Source: a virus. From it: a DNA stretch of 64,000 nucleotides. Made by a program: the position numbers and the translations under genes. The DNA lies in the IMG/VR virus record IMGVR_UViG_3300045988_169460; one strand, written 5' to 3'. Within the stretch, counting starts at the first letter, position 1, and each line of letters opens with the position of its first letter. This document shows positions 5,769-14,986 of the stretch, in pieces. The notes beneath the pieces are model-generated. The model saw only the letters and a list, made by a program, of their open reading frames with translations. It ran no database searches and had not been told where the DNA came from.

Positions 5769-8564
5769 ATGGCTCAAACAAAAATTTGGGATGGAACTAA
5801 ATGGGTTGATTATATAATGTCAAGTCAAATTAAATTGCCATTAGGTTCAATAGGATTTTCGTTAGATGGGATATTACCAGAAGGTGCAATAGCGGCTACA
5901 GGATTAGAACTTAGCAGAGAAGTTTATAAAGATTTATGGGGATTTGCACAAAAAGGTGGAGAAACTCGTTTAATAAGTGAAGAAGCTTGGCAAGCAGAGT
6001 TAGCGGCAAATGAGGGAAGATTTTGTAGATATTATAGCACTGGAAATGGTGCTACTACCTTTAGAATTCCTTATATCGCTTGTTATTTAAGTGGTACAGC
6101 AGAAGCAGAAAAAGTTGGAACTTGTGTAACAGATACACAAAGGAATATCACAGGTTCAATAGGAGAAGTATTTGCTCCTAATCCACCAAATACTACTGGT
6201 GCTTTTACCGAAGAAGTATCAAGAAGAATACATGTTCTAAACGATTCTGTTGAAAATCATATTTGGAAAATAAACTTTGATGCCTCTCGAGTTGTAGGAG
6301 CAGAACATACAGGTGAAGAAGTAAAACCAAAAACGGCATATGTGTTATATTATATACAAGCTTTTAGTACAATCATTAATTCTGGAACATTAGATATTGG
6401 AGAGTTATTAGAGCACGTTGAAACTTTAGAAAAAAGTGTTGGCTATCCATTAGGGGCTATTTATCCTACTTTATATGGAAGTATAGATGTTGGAAGTCTT
6501 CCTTGTTTGGGAGGAGAATATAATAGAGAAACTTATAAAGATTTGTGGGAATTGGTTCAGACAAAAGAAGGGTATGTAGTAACTGAATCTGAATGGCAAG
6601 CATTAAATACAGCAAATGAAGGAAACGTGCCTAAATTTTCTAGTGGTGACGGAAGCACAACTTTTAGATTGCCTAAGATTACTAAATTTTTAAGTGGTGC
6701 AGAATCAATAAGCGAAGTTGGAACTTATGTAACAGACACACAACGAAACATTACAGGTTCTATTGCGATGGGGGTTTGGTCTTCTCCCTCGGGGTGTTTT
6801 TATGCAAATTCTACAAGTAATATGAAGCATGGTCGTGTTCAAGAAACGGCAGGGTCTTGTGCCTTTGATGCTTCTCGTTCAGTAGGCACAGAACATACAG
6901 GTGAAGAAATAGCCCCAAAACATATAAAAGCTTTATATCAAATTAAAGCGTATGGAGTAGTATCAAACACTGGAAATATTGATGTTACTAATTTAGCAAA
7001 AGATGTGGAGCAGTTAAATACTACAGTTCAAACTGAAAAAATTAATCATCAAATTAAACCATTTACAGATTTAAGTCAAATAGGATTAATTAAGGGAACA
7101 GAGACATTAAAATCTATTGGTGAGGCTTTGCCAGAAAATTCTCAAATAAGTTATCAGATAGAAATTGGAAGCGGGCATAATAGTATAGAATATCCTCAAA
7201 TTAAAGGATATTTTAATATGAAAAAGGATACAACATATTGTTATTGTGTTTTTGCAACAGAATCTAATACGAAAATGTTTCAAAGAAGTTTTGATTACCG
7301 AGATGCTTTTTATATTGATGCAAATTGGTCAGTAATGGCAGACAATAATAAATTGAGTATGCCCTCTAATAACAAGATAATTATTAACTTAAAAAATCAG
7401 GGAGATTCCTGGACAGCTCCTTGTGATGGTTATATATGGGGAATGAAAGTTGGAGGTAGTAATGTTGTAAATAGTTGGTTAAATGTTTGGGACTCCACTA
7501 ATGCAGATACAACTAATTATGGCACTTTAATTTATTGTGATTATGGTCAACCATATATTAATTTATGTGGTAATTTAGCTATACGAAAAGGTCAGACTGT
7601 TTATTTTAATTGGAGTAATAATTGTAGAGTATATTTTTATCCAGCTTTAAATGCTAATATGCCTACTTATGGCGAAGATGTAAGAATTTATTTTAAAGCT
7701 GTAGATTCAAATAATAATATTATTAGTGGAGCTTCTTTTAAAATTTCTATAGCAGATAGCAGTGGGGATATTGTTATTCTTTCAGGAAAAACATCCAGTG
7801 ATGGACGTTATTTAGTTCCAGAAGATAAATGGCTATCTTTAACTGGCTTAGAAGATAATCAATTAATCACTTGTACTATGACTAAAGGAAATGCTACTGG
7901 TTCAGCAGAATATAGAATTTCTTTATTTAAAGAAAATATGATTTATGATTTGCCAATAACTCTTGTTGAAGGGGGGGGGGTAATTCATAATATAGATTTA
8001 GAACTTGCAGTAAGTGGTCAGATTAGATGCAATAAAACATCAGGAGATGGTAATACACAAGCATATGCTGGTGATGAAATTATTTTAACTGCTGTACCTG
8101 ATGTGGGTGTTGAGTTTTTAAATTGGCAAATTATTAATCTTACCACATTGGAGAAAGAAATAAAGATAGAGAATCCTCTCACTTATATTATGCCTGATAG
8201 TGATATCAGAGTAGCGGCTGATTTTAATGACGACCCTATTGACATTCCTATAGACCCCTCATCACCTAGTCCTGCGGTTGATGTTTATTTTAAAGTATTA
8301 ACTAATGGAACTACTACAATGGGTTATAATGTAACACTTTATTCCCCAAAAGGTAATGTTATTTGGCAAGGTGTAACAAATTCACAGGGCTATGTACAAT
8401 TAGACCCTACTCTTAGTTTCTATGCAGAAGATGGTATGACACTTCGGGCAATGAAAGGAAGCAAGTTTACTCAGATAACGGTTAATAAAGACAGTTTTAG
8501 CACAGATAAGGCAGATAGTAATAATGCGATTTGGTTTACTCTTACTGTTGGTGAGATGGGATAA
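5769..8564 (+). CDS. tail fibre / receptor-binding protein
   Basis: Two tandem tail-collar-like modules (GDGSTTFRLP..., VTDTQRNITGSI..., FDASR..GxEHTGEE). The C-terminal part has beta-sandwich-like repeats (SSDGRYLV, NSQGYVQL). Confidence 0.7.
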   Translation: MAQTKIWDGTKWVDYIMSSQIKLPLGSIGFSLDGILPEGAIAATGLELSREVYKDLWGFAQKGGETRLISEEAWQAELAANEGRFCRYYSTGNGATTFRIPYIACYLSGTAEAEKVGTCVTDTQRNITGSIGEVFAPNPPNTTGAFTEEVSRRIHVLNDSVENHIWKINFDASRVVGAEHTGEEVKPKTAYVLYYIQAFSTIINSGTLDIGELLEHVETLEKSVGYPLGAIYPTLYGSIDVGSLPCLGGEYNRETYKDLWELVQTKEGYVVTESEWQALNTANEGNVPKFSSGDGSTTFRLPKITKFLSGAESISEVGTYVTDTQRNITGSIAMGVWSSPSGCFYANSTSNMKHGRVQETAGSCAFDASRSVGTEHTGEEIAPKHIKALYQIKAYGVVSNTGNIDVTNLAKDVEQLNTTVQTEKINHQIKPFTDLSQIGLIKGTETLKSIGEALPENSQISYQIEIGSGHNSIEYPQIKGYFNMKKDTTYCYCVFATESNTKMFQRSFDYRDAFYIDANWSVMADNNKLSMPSNNKIIINLKNQGDSWTAPCDGYIWGMKVGGSNVVNSWLNVWDSTNADTTNYGTLIYCDYGQPYINLCGNLAIRKGQTVYFNWSNNCRVYFYPALNANMPTYGEDVRIYFKAVDSNNNIISGASFKISIADSSGDIVILSGKTSSDGRYLVPEDKWLSLTGLEDNQLITCTMTKGNATGSAEYRISLFKENMIYDLPITLVEGGGVIHNIDLELAVSGQIRCNKTSGDGNTQAYAGDEIILTAVPDVGVEFLNWQIINLTTLEKEIKIENPLTYIMPDSDIRVAADFNDDPIDIPIDPSSPSPAVDVYFKVLTNGTTTMGYNVTLYSPKGNVIWQGVTNSQGYVQLDPTLSFYAEDGMTLRAMKGSKFTQITVNKDSFSTDKADSNNAIWFTLTVGEMG
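7971..7980 (+). repeat. G10 homopolymer at tail-fibre codons 735-738
   Basis: gaa ggg ggg ggg gta. G9 gives TAA immediately; G11 gives a stop after 3 codons. Confidence 0.9.
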
Positions 8565-8616
8565 ATCTTTATTCCTGCTGGTACTGTTGGAGCAAATTAA
8601 TTAAAGGAGATAACTA

Positions 8617-9009
8617 ATGTATTATAGGTTAGACAGTAATGGAAATATTATAGATTGTAGTTTAGTTTACTATGGTTCTGGTTGTTTGAAAACTGATAGA
8701 GCTATAATAAGAGATTTAAAAGGTCAATTAGTTTTTGAAGATGAAATTGACATAAAAGCTTTAGAAAAAGAAAAAAAAGCACTAGAATTTGAAAATGATA
8801 GACAAAAATATCTTGGTATAGTTGAAAGTAGGCTACAAGAGTCTGATTATAAGTGTTTAAAATTTGTAGATGGTGCTTTAAGTGAAAGTGAGTATGCTTC
8901 TATTAGGGCAGAACGTGAAAAATTAAGATTATGTTATAATGAATTAGAGATTGTAAAAACTAAAACTAAATTAAAAGAATTGATAGCCACTTACAATTTA
9001 GATAATTAG
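8617..9009 (+). CDS. hypothetical protein, possibly a tail-fibre assembly or accessory protein
   Basis: Position directly after the tail fibre. No firm motif. Confidence 0.3.
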   Translation: MYYRLDSNGNIIDCSLVYYGSGCLKTDRAIIRDLKGQLVFEDEIDIKALEKEKKALEFENDRQKYLGIVESRLQESDYKCLKFVDGALSESEYASIRAEREKLRLCYNELEIVKTKTKLKELIATYNLDN

Positions 9010-9083
9010 TAGGGGGTGTAAAAATGGCTTGTAGTGGAGCAAAGAAAAAGAAGAAAATAAAAAAATAAGGAGGATACTTTATC

Positions 9084-9299
9084 TTGAAAATTGTAGATAA
9101 ATTTTATATTCGGTGTGTTCGTTATTTTGCACAAGAAGAGTGTGAAGAAATGTGTTTACAGTTATTTCAATTAAGCGATGAAGTTTTTGCCTTATCAAAT
9201 GAAGTAAATATAATGTTATTTGATTGTTTTGATTTAAAAAAATCCTATTTAAATCAAAGAGCGTTAAATTGTTTAAGGAAAGCGGAAATTTGTCCGTAA
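9084..9299 (+). CDS. hypothetical protein
   Basis: TTG start after AAGGAGG. Confidence 0.4.
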   Translation: MKIVDKFYIRCVRYFAQEECEEMCLQLFQLSDEVFALSNEVNIMLFDCFDLKKSYLNQRALNCLRKAEICP

Positions 9300-9313
9300 G
9301 AAATGAGGTTAAT

Positions 9314-9652
9314 ATGAAGGAATATCTATATAAGATATTTAAATTAGTTTTTAAAAATCGTTATGATAAAGATGTATTAAAACTAAAAGATGAAATTTAT
9401 GAATTACGCAAAGAAAAGGTAGAAAAAGTTAGAGAATGTGAACAAGTTAGACGTGAATTAATGGGAGTTAAGAAAAGAATGTCAGCTTTAGATAATTCTA
9501 GATTAGAGGATGAAGTAAAGGTAAATGAATTAATAGCCCATTTAAAAGAATGTGAAGAACAAATAGAAGAATTAAATGAAAAAGTAAGGAATCTTCAAAG
9601 TAAAAATAAAGGCTTAACAACACAGATAAAAAACATGAAAGAAGGAAAATAA
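9314..9652 (+). CDS. coiled-coil protein
   Basis: ATG after GAGG; heptad-rich and K/E-rich sequence. Confidence 0.45.
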   Translation: MKEYLYKIFKLVFKNRYDKDVLKLKDEIYELRKEKVEKVRECEQVRRELMGVKKRMSALDNSRLEDEVKVNELIAHLKECEEQIEELNEKVRNLQSKNKGLTTQIKNMKEGK

Positions 9653-9755
9653 TATGGGACTCTACACAAAACTAAAGAATGCGGTAAATAATTTCATAGA
9701 GGTTATGTGTAGAGGTTTGGAACGTCTACACTATCTGTAAGAACGGAGGGGTGTA

Positions 9756-10067
9756 GTGAACAGAGATTTTGAGACAGAATTAAGAGAAGATTTAGCAGTA
9801 ATAAAAACAAAGCAACAAAGTAATTCAGAAAGTCTTGGAGTTTTTTTAGAAAAAACACAAACACAAGAAGTAGAATTAAAGACAGTAGAAAATAATATAA
9901 AGACAATTTTCAAGAGATTAGATGAGATGAGAGCAGAAGCAAAAGAAAACAAAATAGAACTTAATAAAGTTATAGATGATAAATGTTCTGATATATTTAG
10001 ATTAGCAACATTTTTATCAGGAATAATAAGCATGTTTATAAGTATACTTGCGCTTATCTTAAAGTAA
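9756..10067 (+). CDS. XhlA-like lysis-associated membrane protein
   Basis: N-terminal coiled coil plus a single C-terminal TM segment. Sits just before the holin-like and endolysin genes, as in PBSX xhlA. Confidence 0.45.
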   Translation: MNRDFETELREDLAVIKTKQQSNSESLGVFLEKTQTQEVELKTVENNIKTIFKRLDEMRAEAKENKIELNKVIDDKCSDIFRLATFLSGIISMFISILALILK

Positions 10068-10079
10068 TGAGGTTTTATA

Positions 10080-10421
10080 ATGTTTGAGAAGCTAAAAAAT
10101 ATTATTAAATCAAAAATTCTTGTAAAGCCTAAAATTGCTGGCGGGAGTTTAAAGCTTCTCTATATAATGATTATTTTAATAATAACAACTGTTCTAGCTT
10201 ATATATTTGCTTGGGCATATCAAGCAATATTTAAGGGTGTAATAGCATTATCTGATTTACTAGCTTTAACAAAAGTTTTATTCTCCCCAGAAGCGATTGC
10301 CGCTATATTCTTTTATGGAGCATCTATAATAGATAAAGACGGAGATGGGGAAAGTGATAAATTAGAAAAAGAAGTACAGAAGGAAGATAAAAAAGAAGGT
10401 GATTGCAATGTACGAAAGTAA
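10080..10421 (+). CDS. holin-like membrane protein
   Basis: Two TM segments and a charged C-terminus, immediately upstream of the endolysin. Confidence 0.4.
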   Translation: MFEKLKNIIKSKILVKPKIAGGSLKLLYIMIILIITTVLAYIFAWAYQAIFKGVIALSDLLALTKVLFSPEAIAAIFFYGASIIDKDGDGESDKLEKEVQKEDKKEGDCNVRK

Positions 10422-10860
10422 ACATTGGAGCGTAACAGAATGGGATTGTTGGCGCAGAAACAGTAATGAATATGCGTGGGACAATGAAAATGGGAAGTTA
10501 TGCACAAATAATGAAAAAACAGCAAATTTATTTAAAATATTAGATATGTTGAGAGACTGGAATCCTAATTGGGTAGTCAATACAACAAAATATCACTCTG
10601 AATATGGAACAACTTTTAAATCAGGATATAGGACTGTAGATGATGGAGTTAATGCGGCATGTGGTGGAGAATTAGGTAGTTATCACACAAAAGGATGTGC
10701 CGCAGATATTCATATTTCTGGTCAGGATGATACTGATACAGCTTTAGCAGATACTGTTTTAGTGGCGGCAAAAGCGTGGGGGTTAGAAGACCAGTTAGGT
10801 ATAGGTTACTATGGAGATTGGGTTCATATAGATACCAGAGGGGTAACTTCGAGATGGTAA
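10408..10860 (+). CDS. endolysin, peptidase M15A-like (zinc D-Ala-D-Ala carboxypeptidase fold)
   Basis: SGYRT...GSYHTKGCAADIHI...GDWVHIDTR pattern (H-x-D ... H). ATG after GAAGGTGA. Confidence 0.65.
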   Translation: MYESKHWSVTEWDCWRRNSNEYAWDNENGKLCTNNEKTANLFKILDMLRDWNPNWVVNTTKYHSEYGTTFKSGYRTVDDGVNAACGGELGSYHTKGCAADIHISGQDDTDTALADTVLVAAKAWGLEDQLGIGYYGDWVHIDTRGVTSRW

Positions 10861-10898
10861 TAGGAGGAACTGCAAGAATAGTCTTGTAGGAGAGAAAT

Positions 10899-11213
10899 AT
10901 GGTTAGTACAATTACAGTAGATAATTTTAAGTGTAAATGTTGTGGGGCAACGCCTAAAGTGAGTAAACGGCTGTTGAAAATATTGAATGATATACAGACA
11001 AACGTTGGCTCTGAATTAACAATATTATCACCTACTTGTAAAGACCAAGAATTTAAAAAGTTATTAAAAGCTTGTGTCATTTTAGTTCCTAAACTTTATA
11101 CTGTTGATGATTTAGCGGACTTAGCGATACTGTATAACGCAGATGGTATAAGAAGGTTATATAAATATAAAGCAGTATATGTAGATGTTTTAGGAAATAA
11201 AATGGATTATTAA
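10899..11213 (+). CDS. M15A-like N-terminal fragment or degenerate paralogue
   Basis: FKCKCCGAT...L..L..I motif resembles the start of M15A proteins, but the metal-binding His/Asp residues are absent. Confidence 0.3.
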   Translation: MVSTITVDNFKCKCCGATPKVSKRLLKILNDIQTNVGSELTILSPTCKDQEFKKLLKACVILVPKLYTVDDLADLAILYNADGIRRLYKYKAVYVDVLGNKMDY

Positions 11214-11241
11214 TCCCTTACTTAGTAAGGGATTTTTTTTA
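11214..11241 (+). terminator. intrinsic terminator
   Basis: AATCCCTTAC-tt-AGTAAGGGATT followed by T8. Confidence 0.8.
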
Positions 11242-11270
11242 TTGACAAAATTAAAAAAGTGTGGTATAAT
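11242..11270 (+). promoter_or_regulatory. sigma-A-type promoter (TTGACA-17-TGgTATAAT)
   Basis: Consensus boxes. Confidence 0.65.
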
Positions 11271-11290
11271 AGGTTCAACGAGGTGAGAGT

Positions 11291-11527
11291 ATGGTGTTTT
11301 TAAATAATAATATAGAATATGGTAGATTTCAAAAAGCAGTTCAAGGGATTACTGTATTAAACGAAAAACAGATACGAAAATTTTGGCACAAATTTAAAAA
11401 AGGTATTTCTAAAAATGAAATTAATATAAATCTCTTTTTTCCAGAATTTATAGAAACTATATTTGAGGGACAGGAAATATGGATTCTAAAGGAGTGGGTT
11501 ATATTTGAAGAAAATGCTGAAATTTAA
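11291..11527 (+). CDS. small protein, body family D (no WE tail)
   Basis: Paralogous to the next two genes. Confidence 0.5.
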   Translation: MVFLNNNIEYGRFQKAVQGITVLNEKQIRKFWHKFKKGISKNEININLFFPEFIETIFEGQEIWILKEWVIFEENAEI

Positions 11528-11762
11528 AAGCGGCGTAGATTATCGAACGTTTAGGTTTATATTTGGAACTGACAAACTTTCTTATAAAGCTTCTCACAAT
11601 CTTTGGAAAGAGCTTTCTACTGGGGTATCAAAAAAGCGTTTAAATTTAACATCAGTCGAAGGTTCACTACTTTATGAGTTTGAATACCTTAATGAAAAGT
11701 ATTGTTATTTTCCTGAGTTTTGGTTTGAAGAAGTTAGGTATTCTGATATTGAATGGGAGTAA
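11514..11762 (+). CDS. WE-tail protein, family D (ends DIEWE)
   Basis: ORF track; the ATG at 11514 is in frame. Confidence 0.55.
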   Translation: MLKFKSGVDYRTFRFIFGTDKLSYKASHNLWKELSTGVSKKRLNLTSVEGSLLYEFEYLNEKYCYFPEFWFEEVRYSDIEWE

Positions 11763-11765
11763 AAA

Positions 11766-12008
11766 ATGGTAAAATTAAAGGAAGGATTAGGGCATGCTGA
11801 GTGGCTTTGGTTTATGCACAATTCAATACAGTTTAGAAATGCTTGTTATGTAGATGCTAATATATTATGGAATATGTTAAAAGATGGGGTTTCAGAAGAT
11901 GCCTTAAAAATCAGAGATGATAGTACAGGTTATAAAGAAATCTGTTATAAAGAAGTTAAATATGCCTTACCTATAAAGTGGTGTTTGCCAATTTTTGAAT
12001 GGGAATAA
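11766..12008 (+). CDS. WE-tail protein, family D (ends IFEWE)
   Basis: ATG 5 nt after GGGAG-TAA. Confidence 0.55.
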   Translation: MVKLKEGLGHAEWLWFMHNSIQFRNACYVDANILWNMLKDGVSEDALKIRDDSTGYKEICYKEVKYALPIKWCLPIFEWE

Positions 12009-12015
12009 AAAACAC

Positions 12016-12044
12016 TTGACAAAAAGAAAAAAATATGGTATAAT
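12016..12044 (+). promoter_or_regulatory. sigma-A-type promoter (TTGACA-17-TGgTATAAT)
   Basis: Consensus boxes. Confidence 0.65.
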
Positions 12045-12069
12045 AGTATAAAAGATAGGAGATGATTTA

Positions 12070-12387
12070 GTGAGTTTATTAGGGGATATGTATAATTTAA
12101 AAACAGAGGAATATATTAAGACGAGAAAACAAACAGCAAAAGTTATTGAGACTTTAAGAGCATTAAGGGATACAAATACAAATCCTTTATATCGTAAAGC
12201 AATGAATGAGGCTATTAGGGAAATTAAGCAAATTGGATTTGCAAGAAAAGGTAAAATTACAAACTGTTTGGGAAAAATTTTTGAAGAGGAATCCGCAGAA
12301 TATAGACGTAAACTTAGTGATATTGAAACTGAGGATTCTATACGTACATTAGAGTCTATCTCTTGCAGACATTTTCAGGGTTTTTGA
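12070..12387 (+). CDS. hypothetical protein
   Basis: GTG start after TAGGAG. Confidence 0.45.
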   Translation: MSLLGDMYNLKTEEYIKTRKQTAKVIETLRALRDTNTNPLYRKAMNEAIREIKQIGFARKGKITNCLGKIFEEESAEYRRKLSDIETEDSIRTLESISCRHFQGF

Positions 12388-12396
12388 TTAATAAAA

Positions 12397-13887
12397 ATGG
12401 CTATTAAAGTTTTTATAAGTAACTCTCAATTATTAAAAAACTTAACAAATACAGAAAGAGAGCAAATAAAAAAAGATTTAACTTTTAAAAATCCTGAATA
12501 TGAAAGTATTCTTAAATTCTCTAGATGGGGGAGCACTAAAGTTCCAGAATTTCTTTATTATTATAAAGAAATAGGGGATAGCTTAGAAGTTCCTAGAGGA
12601 TATAAGATACCTTTTACTTATGAGGTTATAGAAGATGCCTCAATTAGTTTTAATAATATAGAATATCCATCAGTACAAATCCAGCCTAGAAAAGTACAAC
12701 AGGTAGCAATAGAGCATTTTACTGATAATACTGGAACACTTGTTATAAATACAGGGTTAGGTAAGTCAATAATTGGCTTGATATTGGCAGGGAAGTTAAA
12801 AGAAAGAGCCTTAATTATAGTTAATAAAGACGATTTAATAGATGGTTGGCAAAAAGATGCTCTGTTGTGCTATGGGGAAATAGAAATAGGTTTAGTAAAA
12901 GGCAAGGTTTTCAATATAGGAAAACAAATTACTTTAACTACGATACAAACCCTTTCTAGGCTAGGTGATGAAAAGCTTGATAAATTAAAAGAAAGTATAT
13001 CAATGTTAATTTGTGATGAATGTCATAGGTGTTCTGCTAAGATATACAGTGTTCTGAATGACTTCCCTGCCAAATATCGTTTAGGCTTAACAGCAACTAA
13101 AATGAGAAATGATGGATTAGCAGATGTGTTAGATTTAATTTGTGGGCATACATTGTATGAATACAAAGGGGAATTTGAAACTTCTGATATTATAGATACA
13201 AAAGATATTTTTGTAATAAAGAGGGAAAGTCAGTTAAAGTGGAATCCAGTGATTGATTATTACTGGACGAAAAGCGGAGCAAAAGTAAAAGCATTAGCAT
13301 ATAAAGATAAAGTATTCGCACCACATACACCAGAATGGAGAGCTTTAATAACGCAGTTATTGAGTACAAAGGAAGTTGATAGTTTACCTGTTAATTTGCA
13401 GGAAGCTTATAAAATTGTATCAGAAGATTTAGCGTTTAATAGATTAGTTGTTGAAGATATTATAAAAGAATATAATTTAGGAAAATCTTGTATAGTGTTT
13501 TGTAAAGAGAAAGAGCATATAAATTTATTGTATGATATGTTGGTAGATATATGTCCAAGAATACAAAAATACTATGGAGATATGAAAGAAACAAAAGCAG
13601 AAATAAAAGAGAAAGCAGAAACAAAAGAAGCATTAATTACATTAGCTACTATTTCTATTAGTTGTGAAGGAACTAACGTAAAATCATGGGAGAGAGGATT
13701 TCTTGTATCTACAGTGGCAAACAAGAAAGATTTGATACAGATTTTAGGAAGGTTACGAAGAACTAAAGATGGTAAGACTAATGTATTTTTTTATGATTAC
13801 AGACATCCTTTTATGGCAATTTTTAATAAGCATGGTATAAAGAGGGATAAGTGGTATAGAGAAATAGGAATTACAAAAATTATTTAA
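12397..13887 (+). CDS. superfamily-2 DEAD/DEAH-box helicase
   Basis: Walker A NTGLGKS, Walker B LICDECH, motif III LTAT, motif VI QILGRLRR. Confidence 0.75.
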   Translation: MAIKVFISNSQLLKNLTNTEREQIKKDLTFKNPEYESILKFSRWGSTKVPEFLYYYKEIGDSLEVPRGYKIPFTYEVIEDASISFNNIEYPSVQIQPRKVQQVAIEHFTDNTGTLVINTGLGKSIIGLILAGKLKERALIIVNKDDLIDGWQKDALLCYGEIEIGLVKGKVFNIGKQITLTTIQTLSRLGDEKLDKLKESISMLICDECHRCSAKIYSVLNDFPAKYRLGLTATKMRNDGLADVLDLICGHTLYEYKGEFETSDIIDTKDIFVIKRESQLKWNPVIDYYWTKSGAKVKALAYKDKVFAPHTPEWRALITQLLSTKEVDSLPVNLQEAYKIVSEDLAFNRLVVEDIIKEYNLGKSCIVFCKEKEHINLLYDMLVDICPRIQKYYGDMKETKAEIKEKAETKEALITLATISISCEGTNVKSWERGFLVSTVANKKDLIQILGRLRRTKDGKTNVFFYDYRHPFMAIFNKHGIKRDKWYREIGITKII

Positions 13888-13893
13888 AAATGC

Positions 13894-13922
13894 TTGACAA
13901 AACTAAAAAAGTATGATATAAT
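13894..13922 (+). promoter_or_regulatory. sigma-A-type promoter (TTGACA-17-TGaTATAAT)
   Basis: Consensus boxes. Confidence 0.65.
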
Positions 13923-13937
13923 GTTAAGACTTAAAGA

Positions 13938-14420
13938 ATGGATGATAAAATGGTTGAATGTAAAATTATAGACTTTTCAGAAGCAGAGATAGATGATTCA
14001 CGTTTCAAAGAATTAGCTATGCAGTATGATATGTATAGAAAGACAAAGCTTGAAGCGGAAAAAAGAGTGAAAGAATTAAAAGAACAGCTAGATGCTTATG
14101 TAGAGTCTAATGGCAAAAGTGATTTAAATGGTAATAAGTATTTACCTTTTTTAGATAATAAATATCTAAAAAGAGAGGTAAGAAAAAGCTATGATGTAAT
14201 ACCTTATATGGCTGAAAGTATTTTGAGAGATTATGGTGTTTTAGATAAAGTTTTAAAGTATGAAGCTTATTATGATATGGAAGTATTGGAACATCTTATC
14301 GCAGATGGAGTAATACCATTAGAGGTAGCAGAGAAAATGTTTAAAGAAAAATTAAGTTATTCAACTAAAATAGTAGATTTAAAGGATGTGAGCGAGGATG
14401 CCGAGAAAGAGGAAAGCTAA
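13938..14420 (+). CDS. hypothetical protein (coiled-coil N-terminus)
   Basis: ORF track. Confidence 0.45.
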   Translation: MDDKMVECKIIDFSEAEIDDSRFKELAMQYDMYRKTKLEAEKRVKELKEQLDAYVESNGKSDLNGNKYLPFLDNKYLKREVRKSYDVIPYMAESILRDYGVLDKVLKYEAYYDMEVLEHLIADGVIPLEVAEKMFKEKLSYSTKIVDLKDVSEDAEKEES

Positions 14421-14781
14421 AAGAGGCAGACCCGCAGGGCAAATATTACAGGGAAAATTATTTAAAATAAATGGCAAGATACTACGATTATATACAAGAG
14501 CAAAATTAATAGAAGCTTTTAAATTGGCTGGTATTCCTAGAGGTTCATTAACTTTACGTAATTGGGAAAATACAGGTATTTTACCTCCTGCCCTAGTGAG
14601 AGTAAATAATATTTGTTATTACACACAGGAACAAATAAATGCTATTGTTAGAGTAGCTTTAGAGTGTGGAGTTAGGAGAGGTTTTCCTATTGAAAAGACT
14701 GGATTTTCTGAACGAGTAAAAATTGCTTTACAAAAAGTAAATGAAAGATTGTTTATGCCAGATAAAGAAATGGAGGAATAA
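14398..14781 (+). CDS. putative DNA-binding protein (MerR/excisionase-like HTH)
   Basis: Basic N-terminus. RGSLTLRNWENTGILPP resembles MerR-type HTH. Confidence 0.35.
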   Translation: MPRKRKAKRGRPAGQILQGKLFKINGKILRLYTRAKLIEAFKLAGIPRGSLTLRNWENTGILPPALVRVNNICYYTQEQINAIVRVALECGVRRGFPIEKTGFSERVKIALQKVNERLFMPDKEMEE

Positions 14782-14782
14782 A

Positions 14783-14986
14783 ATGGAAACAATAAAAGTA
14801 GGTTTATCAAAAGGTGTAACATTGAATTTAGGTAATTATGAAAGTGCAAAATTTGATTGTTGGATGGAAGCAGAAGTATTAGAAAAAGAAAGAGATACAA
14901 CATTAGATTTGTTTTCAGAACTTATTGATAATCGTTTAGAACAAGAAGCAAAGGAACTAGAACGTTCCATAGCAAAACGTAAATGA
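14783..14986 (+). CDS. hypothetical protein
   Basis: ATG after GGAGGAA. Confidence 0.45.
   Translation: METIKVGLSKGVTLNLGNYESAKFDCWMEAEVLEKERDTTLDLFSELIDNRLEQEAKELERSIAKRK

Noticed and set aside
5769-8564. The tail fibre as the DGR target gene.
   Set aside because: I saw no C-terminal lectin-like variable region and no repeat resembling a template sequence. The DGR target is more likely upstream of the window.
9025-9755. Mini-ORFs MACSGAKKKKKIKK (9025-9069) and MGLYTKLKNAVNNFIEVMCRGLERLHYL (9654-9740), and the CTCTACAC/GTGTAGAG inverted repeats around 9660-9750.
   Set aside because: The mini-ORFs are too short and lack support. The repeats may form RNA structure upstream of the lysis genes, but I could not define a convincing element.
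9703-11080. Antisense or alternative-frame track ORFs:
- 1-30 kb: 3576-3776(-), 9703-9906(-), 9731-10033(-), 10313-10525(-), 10362-10580(-), 10649-11080(-), 14619-14903(-), 16838-17152(-), 17901-18173(-), 19243-19425(-), 20422-20610(-), 21429-21629(+), 27510-27761(-), 28578-28811(-)
- 30-50 kb: 30088-30276(-), 31612-31851(-), 32972-33310(-), 33003-33194(+), 33804-33998(-), 35358-35663(-), 39207-39395(+), 39758-40075(-), 40360-40542(-), 42145-42336(-), 42480-42704(-), 45959-46144(-), 47456-47644(+), 49369-49641(-)
- 50-64 kb: 52671-52886(-), 53968-54234(-), 54099-54308(-), 54323-54679(-), 56235-56540(+), 56705-56986(+), 57036-57266(+), 58593-58808(+), 61591-61794(+), 61791-61982(+)
   Set aside because: They overlap better-supported genes on the opposite strand or in another frame. 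They lack Shine-Dalgarno sequences. Their low-complexity, Leu/Phe/Ile/Ser-rich translations are typical of antisense reading of AT-rich coding DNA.
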